DNA from: Planctomycetota bacterium | Lineage (GTDB): Bacteria > Planctomycetota > PLA2 > JAEUHO01 | Length of the DNA stretch: 64,000 bases | Direction of reading: 5' to 3' | Assembly (NCBI GenBank): GCA_965223505.1 | Contig: CBDCWP010000044.1 | Coordinates: 249,292-313,291, forward strand | Shown here: positions 10,154 to 18,553 of the stretch, in pieces | Layout: each line of letters begins with the position of its first letter | How positions within the stretch are numbered: position 1 is the first letter of the stretch | The notes under the pieces: generated by a model | Database searches by the model: none | What the model was told of the DNA's origin: nothing | The model's input: only the letters and a program-made list of their open reading frames with translations | Translations under genes and position numbers: made by a program

Positions 10154-12022
10154 TTGGACTGCCGGCTCGATGGAACATGGGAGCCGGCCCCGACGTACCT
10201 GCATGACCGGGAGAGCAGCCGCTTGCGCCGCGTCTTCGTCAGTTACCGCCGTGAAGACAGCGCGGATGTGACCGGGAGGATCTGCGATCGCCTCATCAGT
10301 CATTTCGGCCGCGAGAACGTCTACATGGATGTCGATGCCATTCCCCTTGGTGCGGACTTCCGTGACCACATCGACGAGGCGGTCGGTCGGTGCGACGCAT
10401 TGTTGGCGGTCATCGGACCGAAGTGGGCCGGAATCTGCGATGCGGAAGGGAAGCCTCGTCTCCAGGACGTCAACGACACACTGCGAACAGAGATCGGGTC
10501 GGCGCTGGCACGTGGGATTCCCGTGATTCCGGTGCTGGTTCGAGGGAGCGAGATGCCCAGCCCCGAGTCGTTACCTGCGGATCTCAGAGAACTCTGCGAC
10601 CGCAACGGAACCCCGGTGAGGCCCAACCCCGATTTCGACGCCGACATGAGCCGCGTCGTCGAGGCGTTGGAGGGGCGCGGCCGATCCCCCGCCGCCGGGC
10701 GGCGCCGTCGTCCGAATAGCCGCAAGCGCCGTTGGGTTCCGATGGTGGCGCTGATGCTCCTCGTCGCCGCCGCGGCGCTGTCGTCGGGCATCGTTCCCAT
10801 GACTCTTCTCGATGACGACGTTTCCGGCCCGGCCTGGGCGAGGGTGGCCGACGATCAGATGGCGGAGGCGAAGCGTCTCGGGGTACCGGTCGCATTCGAA
10901 GACCCGCTCGGCGTCCGATTCGTGCTCGTTCCGACCGGCACGTTTGAAATGGGGTCGTCGAGACGCAGAAGTACAGAGAGATACGAGTGGCCGCAGCACG
11001 AGGTCACACTCGGACCCTTCTACATGGCGACGACCGAGACCACCCACGGGACGTGGGAGGCCGTCATGGGCTCGAACATCTTCGACTTCAGTGACCGATC
11101 GCTTCCTGCGAGAAATGTGTCTTGGAGTGACTGCCGGCGCTTTCTCGATGCGTTGAACCAACGCGGCTACGGGACGTACCGCCTGCCTACTGAGGCAGAG
11201 TGGGAGTACGCGTGCAGGGCCAACAGCGCGGAGCCCTGGTTCTTCGGCAACGACGAGACGAAGCTGCATGAATACGCCTGGTTCGAAAGCAACAGCGGGC
11301 AGCGCGTCCATCCTGGAGGGGGGCGGAAGCCCAACGCCTGGGGACTCTACGACGTGTACGGAAACGTGATGGAGTGGTGCGCGGACTCACGGCACAGTTC
11401 CTACGTCGGCGCTCCCGTCGACGGGACCGCATGGGTGGACCATGGCGACGGCTACCGCATCGTCCGAGGCGGTTCGTCCCGAAGCTCGGCCTTGCGCGCG
11501 CGTTCGGCAAGCCGGAACTGGCAGCGCGAGGGCGATCGCTTCAATGATGTGGGATTTCGACTGGTTCGGTCGTCGCTGGATCCGCCCCGAGAATTCCTTT
11601 CCCAGGGGTGGGTCAAGCTCGTCGCCGCCGCGCTGGTCGTACTGGTCATCGTCGCGTTGATTCTCTCGTTCCGCAGGCGTTCTTCGCCGAAGGCGGCGCG
11701 GGCAGCCAACGCGCTGCCCGCCGAAGAGATTCGCTCGGAGGCGTTGCGTGACGAGCTAGAGAAGACGCGAGCTGACATCCAGCGGCACAAGGGGACGGTC
11801 GCCAAGCTGGTCGTTGTTGCGCTGATGACACTCGGAGGCATGTGGCTCGCGTTCGCGGCCAGCGCGAGAAGCAGTCCGACCGGGGACGGGAGTCCGGTCA
11901 TCGTCATTGTCGGCATCATCATCGCCTCGATTCTGTTCGCCTGCGCGGAGGCCTGCTCGAAACGGAAGAAGAAGCTCGTCGAGAGAGAGCGGGAATTGCT
12001 GGACGATCTCACGTCGGGATGA
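10154..12022 (+). CDS. TIR_2 - TM - formylglycine-generating-enzyme (FGE/SUMF1, C-type-lectin fold) - multi-TM protein
   Basis: VFVSYRREDS..MDVDAIPLGADF..RTEIGSALARGIPVIPVL (TIR); YRLPTEAEWEYACRA, PNAWGLYDVYGNVMEW, GFRLV (FGE); four hydrophobic segments; start uncertain. Confidence 0.9.
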   Translation: MDCRLDGTWEPAPTYLHDRESSRLRRVFVSYRREDSADVTGRICDRLISHFGRENVYMDVDAIPLGADFRDHIDEAVGRCDALLAVIGPKWAGICDAEGKPRLQDVNDTLRTEIGSALARGIPVIPVLVRGSEMPSPESLPADLRELCDRNGTPVRPNPDFDADMSRVVEALEGRGRSPAAGRRRRPNSRKRRWVPMVALMLLVAAAALSSGIVPMTLLDDDVSGPAWARVADDQMAEAKRLGVPVAFEDPLGVRFVLVPTGTFEMGSSRRRSTERYEWPQHEVTLGPFYMATTETTHGTWEAVMGSNIFDFSDRSLPARNVSWSDCRRFLDALNQRGYGTYRLPTEAEWEYACRANSAEPWFFGNDETKLHEYAWFESNSGQRVHPGGGRKPNAWGLYDVYGNVMEWCADSRHSSYVGAPVDGTAWVDHGDGYRIVRGGSSRSSALRARSASRNWQREGDRFNDVGFRLVRSSLDPPREFLSQGWVKLVAAALVVLVIVALILSFRRRSSPKAARAANALPAEEIRSEALRDELEKTRADIQRHKGTVAKLVVVALMTLGGMWLAFAASARSSPTGDGSPVIVIVGIIIASILFACAEACSKRKKKLVERERELLDDLTSG

Positions 12023-12359
12023 CACAGGACGTCGCCGTTCGCGAGACGCAGGTGTCCGATCGGGCTTCCCGTTCCGGGTCGGTGCGTTGGCGCAATGCCG
12101 TGGGTCGGACGTGCATCGGTGCACGTGCTTGCAGCGAGCCAAGCCGTGCGGTGAAATGGGATTGGGAGATTCCAGCCCTATCTGTGGTGGACGATGCGAA
12201 TTCCGCTGCGAATTCCCGCTTACCTGGACCTCGCCGGCGCAGAGGCGACAGCACCGCGAGCGCTCGCCCACAGGATCACGGGCGCCGGGGCACCATTGCA
12301 GCGTGTGCACGCGCGAGAGATCCGCATGGTGCGGAGCGTGGCACGGGAGGACAGCTGAG

Positions 12360-13979
12360 ATGCGTAAGGTCGTCCTCGCCTTGCTCCTCGGCGGCACGAC
12401 CACTCTGCTCGGGACCCCGTCGTGCGGCAGGTCCGTCCCGAGCTTGTTGTCCATCGATCCTCCTGAGGGCTATCCGCGCCAGATGCTGAGCGTGACGGGT
12501 GGACATCGCGGTACGACGCTCATCTGGGACGTTGATCTGGAATCCGAGCATGAGATCGTCGCACAGGCGCCGGACTCGCGCTATTTCCAGATTCCGCGTA
12601 CGGCCGGACCCGGCACCCACCGCGTAGCGATCCGCGACGCCAGCGGAACGTCGAATGCGCTGGACGTGACGGTCTTGGAGCGGCCCGAGGGCTTTCCCAC
12701 GCCTCGCATCGAAGACGTCGGCGTGTTCGAGGTTGCGAGCGAGAACGTCGAGGCGAACACGGCGGATGTGCTTCTCACGGTCTCCGCCGCGAATCTGGAC
12801 ATCGACGCCGAGATGATCATCAACGGCAAACCCGTACCAACCGTCTTTTGGAGCGGCCTTCCGATCGATCACATGCAGTCGGAGAGGCCGGGTGCCTACG
12901 CCTATCCGATCTACCACTACGGCCAACTGCTCGGTGTGTTGGAGGATGTCCCCTGGGGAACGACGTTCGAGGTATCGGTTCGCAACGACGACGATGGCCC
13001 GTTCGACACCAGGCCGTACACCCTGCCCTCTTCGGCGGTGCTGCTCGACAGCGACGGCGATGGGATCACGGACGTGGCCGAGAAGCGTGGGTTCCGACCG
13101 CCGGGCGGCGGCGGTGTGATCGACATCGCCGCAATGGGGTGCACGCACCTGCGAAAGGACATTCTCGTCGAAGCCGATTGGATCAGGGCGGCGAAGCCCG
13201 ACAACTCGATCTGGGCCACAATTCAAGCGGTGTTCGCGAATGCGCCCGTCCTCAATCCCGACGGATCTCGAGGCATCGATGTCATCATCGACCGCGGTCA
13301 GGGTGGAGCCTTCCAGGACGGCGGAGACGAGTTGGCCGACCACGCGATCATCGACTTCGAGCTCACGTTGCCGGGCGTGAAGAACTATGTGAGCTTCTAC
13401 ACCTACAAGAACGCCAGCTTCGATCGAGACCGGCTGAGAATCTTCCACTACTGCGTCTTTGGACGGGCTCGTCCGGGGAACCACTCGGGACGGGGTGAGA
13501 TCTGGGGCAACGACTTCATCGTCTCGTTCTCGGACTGGAAAGAGTGGTCCAGCCCACTTGCCCAGGTCGGGACGTTCGTTCACGAGCTCGGACACAATCT
13601 CGGCCTGCGTCATGGTGGGATCGACAACGGCGCACCCGACATGGACGAAGTGTACAAGCCGAACATGGCGTCCACGATGAACTATCGTTGGCAGTTCGGA
13701 GGAGTCTCGAACGACTGCGACTGGAGCTCGGAGGGGTTTCATACGTTCAGCTCGGGTGTGTACCGCGTCATCGATGAACGAAAGGTGTACGAGAAGCAGG
13801 GCATCTGCGGTTCATTCGCCCTGGACATGAACGAGGACGGCAAGATCTCCAATGGCGTCGGCATCAACACGAATGTCGATGGCGACAATGACAAGACGGA
13901 TCGCCATGTGGACTACAACCAGTGGGGCAACTTGCTGCTCGACTTCGATGCCGCCGGCTCCCGTTGGGGTAGCAACTGA
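12360..13979 (+). CDS. Secreted zinc metalloprotease (HExxH) with N-terminal Ig/IPT-like domains
   Basis: Signal/lipoprotein leader; GTFVHELGHNLGLRHGG and downstream STMNY Met-turn; DSDGDG Ca-binding motif; GGAGG RBS. Confidence 0.85.
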   Translation: MRKVVLALLLGGTTTLLGTPSCGRSVPSLLSIDPPEGYPRQMLSVTGGHRGTTLIWDVDLESEHEIVAQAPDSRYFQIPRTAGPGTHRVAIRDASGTSNALDVTVLERPEGFPTPRIEDVGVFEVASENVEANTADVLLTVSAANLDIDAEMIINGKPVPTVFWSGLPIDHMQSERPGAYAYPIYHYGQLLGVLEDVPWGTTFEVSVRNDDDGPFDTRPYTLPSSAVLLDSDGDGITDVAEKRGFRPPGGGGVIDIAAMGCTHLRKDILVEADWIRAAKPDNSIWATIQAVFANAPVLNPDGSRGIDVIIDRGQGGAFQDGGDELADHAIIDFELTLPGVKNYVSFYTYKNASFDRDRLRIFHYCVFGRARPGNHSGRGEIWGNDFIVSFSDWKEWSSPLAQVGTFVHELGHNLGLRHGGIDNGAPDMDEVYKPNMASTMNYRWQFGGVSNDCDWSSEGFHTFSSGVYRVIDERKVYEKQGICGSFALDMNEDGKISNGVGINTNVDGDNDKTDRHVDYNQWGNLLLDFDAAGSRWGSN

Positions 13980-13991
13980 GAGGAGATCCAG

Positions 13992-14735
13992 ATGCGCGGT
14001 TCGATCGTTCTGTGTCTCGCGCTCTCATGCGCGGCCTGCGGAGATGAAGAGGAATCGCCCAAGCCGCGTCATCCGGCACTGTCCGGTCTTTCCCCACCTC
14101 CGGTGAACGCACCACTGCAGCCCCCTCGGGGACAGGCGGCGCAACAGCCTCGCGCGAGCCTTCCGCCCGGCGAGCACCCCGCGGAGCTCGCGCTTCGGGA
14201 CGACGTTCCCGTGACGGGTACGGTGCAGTTGGAGGGAACCGCCGACCTGTCGCCCGGGTCCATCGTCGTGACGCCGGATCAGGGCAGCCCACTCGAACTT
14301 CTCTACCGCCTCCCGAAGAACATGCTCTCTCCCTCCCTGGTTCCCGAGCGCGTGACGGCGACGATCAGCGAGAAAGGCGGACCGCACGGCGCGGATCGCC
14401 TCTTCGTCCTCATGGGGGACGGGCAGCTGACCTACGCGACGGCGTGGCGGTCTGCAGGCGAGCCCGTGGTCGTCACACTGACGGGGTCCGTCAGGCTCGA
14501 ACAGCGACAGGCGGAGAGGGCTACGGCCGGTGGCTATTCGCTGGCGCGGCTCTTCGTCATGGACGGAGACCGAGAGGCTGCAGAAGTGCCGATCGGAGAG
14601 CCAACGCGTGTGAAGACGACAGCCGGCTCTTTGGCCGTGTACGCGCAGATGAGTCACCGGCACTTCGTCGCGGAGGAACGGAGTGACGCCGGGGACCAAT
14701 ACATCCTTCGCGCGTGGGTGACCGGGCAGAAGTAG
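13992..14735 (+). CDS. Lipoprotein, unknown function (likely co-transcribed with the protease)
   Basis: Lipobox CAAC, AGGAG RBS, 12 bp after the upstream stop. Confidence 0.75.
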   Translation: MRGSIVLCLALSCAACGDEEESPKPRHPALSGLSPPPVNAPLQPPRGQAAQQPRASLPPGEHPAELALRDDVPVTGTVQLEGTADLSPGSIVVTPDQGSPLELLYRLPKNMLSPSLVPERVTATISEKGGPHGADRLFVLMGDGQLTYATAWRSAGEPVVVTLTGSVRLEQRQAERATAGGYSLARLFVMDGDREAAEVPIGEPTRVKTTAGSLAVYAQMSHRHFVAEERSDAGDQYILRAWVTGQK

Positions 14736-14788
14736 CCGTTCGGACCCATCATACGGTACCGGGGTTTTTTCGACGGCCACACAGCGCC

Positions 14789-15910
14789 TCAGCGTCCGAT
14801 CGCTCGGTAGAAGCGCACCATCGCCTCGACCTTCTCGGGCTCCTTGCGAAGCGCATTCCAACGAAACACCATCGCGCCCGTCGCGGGCAATCGCGTACCG
14901 TGATCGAGCACGGTCTCGATCTGTTCGACGGGCACGGCCTCGCCCCAGTCGCTGATCTGGACGATCGGCCAGATCTTCACACGCTCCTCCGGGCGACCGC
15001 GAAGACCGAGGTGCTCGCCCAACCACGCCGTCTGTTTCGAGATCCACGCGGGGTCGTCCGCATGCCCGAAGCGCGCGTGGTACGGCATCGGGCTGAACAC
15101 GTCGACGTAGGGCTTCTGTCCGCGCAGGTCGATCGCCAGCTTCGCTTCGAGCGCGCCGTCGTGATCCTCGGTGCTCCACGGACAATGAAACGTGCCCAGC
15201 AGCGCGTTCGGTCGGGTCTCGTCGCGTACGTCGCGAAATGCTCGCACCCAGTCCGTGAACACGCCGCAGCGCCAGCGGATCCACGCCTTGCGCTGTGCAC
15301 CGTCCTTCTTCGCCAGGAACGACGCCATCGCGGCGGGCGAGTCCGCGCCCTCGGTGCCGGTGTCCTTCCGAAACTGGGCGAGGCAGCGTGCGCAGAAGCA
15401 CGTGTCGGGTAGCGCAGGTTCGGCACGTTCCCAGCTCGAGTGCGCGTGGTGGTAGTCGAGCCATACGCCGTCGAGCGGGTGTGTCGAGAGCAGCTCGCGA
15501 AACGCGTTCATCCGCCACTCGCGATAGGCGGCGTGGGTGGGGCAGATCCCCTGCCAGCCATGCGGCGCCGGCGCGCGCTTCCCGTCCAATGCCACCGGCG
15601 CGGCGTCGGGATGTTCTTTGAGGTACTCGGCGCGGTGAAGGGTGTTGAACTCCGCGAAGACGCGCGCGCCCTGCGCCTTGAGGGCGGCAACGCGTTCCTT
15701 CGTGAAGCCGCGCTCGCCGATCCAGACCGCGTTCACGCCCGACCCCGAGAGCGTGCGTCCGTTCTCCATCAACATCTTGGGCACGCCGCCGTAGATGCCG
15801 CGCACCTGGACGTGCTTGCGCGCCGGCGGCCTCTCGTCGCCTACGACGGTGCCGGCGAGCAGAAGTAGAAAGGCAAGCGACAGGTGGGCGCGCACGTCCC
15901 CGTGATACAC
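14789..15910 (-). CDS. Secreted putative glycoside hydrolase (GHL10-like TIM barrel)
   Basis: ICPTHAAYR..LDGVWLDY..CFCARCLAQF..DVFSPMPY. Confidence 0.7.
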   Translation of the reverse strand: MYHGDVRAHLSLAFLLLLAGTVVGDERPPARKHVQVRGIYGGVPKMLMENGRTLSGSGVNAVWIGERGFTKERVAALKAQGARVFAEFNTLHRAEYLKEHPDAAPVALDGKRAPAPHGWQGICPTHAAYREWRMNAFRELLSTHPLDGVWLDYHHAHSSWERAEPALPDTCFCARCLAQFRKDTGTEGADSPAAMASFLAKKDGAQRKAWIRWRCGVFTDWVRAFRDVRDETRPNALLGTFHCPWSTEDHDGALEAKLAIDLRGQKPYVDVFSPMPYHARFGHADDPAWISKQTAWLGEHLGLRGRPEERVKIWPIVQISDWGEAVPVEQIETVLDHGTRLPATGAMVFRWNALRKEPEKVEAMVRFYRAIGR

Positions 15911-15983
15911 GGCTCGCGGTCATCAATCCACTCACCGGCGGGTCCGGGACAACTCGGCGTCCCAGCAGGCGGTGCTCTCCGCG

Positions 15984-17210
15984 TCAGCGGCTCGACAACA
16001 CCTCTGCGACCCTCCCTGCCTGCTCGCGCTCAGGCCCCGTGACCAGCGCGTTGTTCGCGAAGTCGCGGACCGCGCTCAGTTGCTCCCGGGACCCGAGCTT
16101 CTCCAGAATCTCGAGCAGTCCGCGCCGTACATGAGGAGATGTGCTGGCCGCCAGTGCCTTCGCGGCTTGTTCTGCCGCGAACGGCCGATCTTCGGGCAAC
16201 GTGTTTCGCACGACGCGTCCGGTCAGCAACCCGCCGTCGTGATTTCCCTGGGGGCTTCCGAGAGTCTCGAAGACGACCTCGATGATCGGACGGTGCATCG
16301 GCTTCATCTGCCCCAGAATGTGGAACCACAGTCCGACGCTCCGCCCGGTCTTCTGGTGACGGCGCCAGGCATCTGCGACGGCTTCGTGCACTTCGAGAGT
16401 GGCGGGTCGTCCGCGCAGGTAGTTCGCGGCGTCTCGCGCTCGATCAACGTTTTCGTCACGAATCAGCTCCTCGAAGAGCGCGGCAAGCTCGCCTTCGATC
16501 CTGCCACCGGTTGCGAACATCGCCGCGCCGGCGAGTCCCAACTCGGCCTGGGAGTCCTCTCGTGCGAGCTCGATGTAACGAGGCACGTCGCGGTCTGCGT
16601 CGGAAGCCATGCTGTTGAGCGCGTACGCCGCGGACACCCGCATTCCTCCGACGCTCGACTCCAGGTGCCGGACCAGCAGCGGTCGCCAGGTTTGAGCGTC
16701 CGTATCCACGTTTCGCAGTTGCGGCAGCACGCGCAACGCCGCCCAGACGGTGGCCTGGTCGTTCGAGCCAAGCATCGCAACCAGGTCGCGGATTCCCTCT
16801 TCGCGTTCGGACGCATCAGCGATTTGAAGAACCTTGCTCTGTGCGGCTTGCGCACGACGCACGGCATCTTGCGTCGGCGACGGGTTCTGCGGGCGGACGC
16901 CGGGCCGCGGTACGAGCTTGGGCCGGGGTCTTGGCGTTGCCGCGCGTGAGTCATTCGGCCTACTCGTGGGTCTCGAACTTCCGCGTTCCGGCGCGCGCCC
17001 AAGCAACGGGGTCGCATTGCGCTTGCGATTGTCGTTCGCACGCCGCTCGCCCAGCGCCTCGAGCTTCCTCTCGATGTGGATCAGACGGTCGGCCAGAGCC
17101 GTCGTCGTGCGAAGCTGCTCGTCCCGCCGTTCGAGAAGCTGCCAGGCGACGTACCCGTTGACCAGCACTGCACAACCCATTATCGCGACCACGATCCTCA
17201 TGGGCACCAT
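15984..17210 (-). CDS. Membrane-anchored HEAT-repeat protein
   Basis: N-terminal TM, coiled coil, helical repeats (VWAALRVL, MRVSAAYAL, VRRGLLEIL). Confidence 0.7.
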   Translation of the reverse strand: MVPMRIVVAIMGCAVLVNGYVAWQLLERRDEQLRTTTALADRLIHIERKLEALGERRANDNRKRNATPLLGRAPERGSSRPTSRPNDSRAATPRPRPKLVPRPGVRPQNPSPTQDAVRRAQAAQSKVLQIADASEREEGIRDLVAMLGSNDQATVWAALRVLPQLRNVDTDAQTWRPLLVRHLESSVGGMRVSAAYALNSMASDADRDVPRYIELAREDSQAELGLAGAAMFATGGRIEGELAALFEELIRDENVDRARDAANYLRGRPATLEVHEAVADAWRRHQKTGRSVGLWFHILGQMKPMHRPIIEVVFETLGSPQGNHDGGLLTGRVVRNTLPEDRPFAAEQAAKALAASTSPHVRRGLLEILEKLGSREQLSAVRDFANNALVTGPEREQAGRVAEVLSSR

Positions 17211-17311
17211 CCTAGCGCTTTTGGAACACTGCACCTGCCGTGGATCTTGAACTAGGATGCTCTTGGTGCGCGGGGTGAGCGCGCCCCACACGACGCGCAC
17301 TGCGAGGTGTC

Positions 17312-18553
17312 ATGTCACGAGCCGTTTGGATAGTGCTCCTGCTGCTGCTCGCCACGAACGCCGCCTGGGTCGTTGCGTGGATCGGAGGAGACGAACCCGA
17401 TTCGACGGATGTCGCGGACACTGCCGTTCTCGAAGAGACGATCACGGAGCTGCAAGAGGAGCTGTCGGCGTTGCGGCGGGCAGAGCCGATCTTGATCGGA
17501 TCCAACGAGGCGAGCGGCCACTCGACAGCGGCCGAGGCCGACGGCGGCACGCATCCGACGGGCGAGCGTCCTACGCCGACGGAGGAGGATCCCGCCGAGC
17601 AGGCCGAGCGCGAGGCCGAGGCGGCGAAGGTGGCCGAAGCGGACGCGGCCAGGCAGAAGGCCTACGAGGAAGCCCGCGCGGCGATCACGGCGATGTACAG
17701 CAAGGTGATGCAGGTCGCCGACCCGGCGCTTCGGGAAGAGGGGCTGCGCGAGATCGCCGCGGCGCTTCGCGGCACCGATCCCTACCTGACCGAGTACGCC
17801 CTCAGCGCGCTCTACTCCCTTCGAAACGTCGAGTTCGAGCGGGGCGAGTTCGCCTCGTTGGCGCGCGGGCTGTTGCAGTCGGAGAACGGCGGCATCCGTC
17901 GATCCGCCCTCTACGCGTTGGCGGCGATGGACCCGGAGGGTTCCGACCCGCGCGTCGCGATCGACAGCGCGAGCGACCCCGACCCGATCGTACGCATGCA
18001 CACGGCGAAGCTGCTCACGCTCTATGGCGGGTCGCGCATCGAGGGCGACGCGGCAGACGCGGTGCTCCTTCTGCTGGAGGACGATGACACGAGGGTGCAG
18101 CGCGGGACGTTGCGCGGGCTTGCGGGTGCTCAGGTCGCACCTGCGATCGAAAGCCGGCTGATCGAGCTGACGACCGATCCGTCGCGGCGGCAGGAGGCGG
18201 TGCAGTTCGGGCTGGGCCCGCTGAAGGAGAAGTCACGCGAGGTGATCGATGCGCTCTTCACGCATCTGGGCGACGAGAACGGCCGCGTTCGGCAGCACGC
18301 GCACAAGGGGCTTCAGCAGGGCGTTCCGAAGGGCGAGCAGCTCTACGTGGCGAAGCGCTACGCGGATCAGCTGGGGACGTTCGTGAATCCGAAGACGCAC
18401 CGGGAGGCGTTGAAGCTGATCACGCAGTACGGGGACGCGAGCCTGAGGCCGCAGCTCGAGGCGTTCGCAGAGAACGAGCTCGTGGACGCCAAGGTGCGGG
18501 CGCTGGCGCGCAAGGCCGCGGACTATCTCGTCAACAAGAAGCCGGATCGTTAG
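17312..18553 (+). CDS. Membrane-anchored HEAT-repeat protein
   Basis: N-terminal TM, coiled coil, HEAT repeats (IRRSALYAL, DPDPIVRMHTAKLL, DDDTRVQRGTLRGL). Confidence 0.8.
   Translation: MSRAVWIVLLLLLATNAAWVVAWIGGDEPDSTDVADTAVLEETITELQEELSALRRAEPILIGSNEASGHSTAAEADGGTHPTGERPTPTEEDPAEQAEREAEAAKVAEADAARQKAYEEARAAITAMYSKVMQVADPALREEGLREIAAALRGTDPYLTEYALSALYSLRNVEFERGEFASLARGLLQSENGGIRRSALYALAAMDPEGSDPRVAIDSASDPDPIVRMHTAKLLTLYGGSRIEGDAADAVLLLLEDDDTRVQRGTLRGLAGAQVAPAIESRLIELTTDPSRRQEAVQFGLGPLKEKSREVIDALFTHLGDENGRVRQHAHKGLQQGVPKGEQLYVAKRYADQLGTFVNPKTHREALKLITQYGDASLRPQLEAFAENELVDAKVRALARKAADYLVNKKPDR

Noticed and set aside
11907..12359. Cys-rich in-frame N-terminal extension of the metalloprotease
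   Set aside because: A good RBS and signal peptide start at 12,360; the extension overlaps the upstream gene and looks like chance open frame
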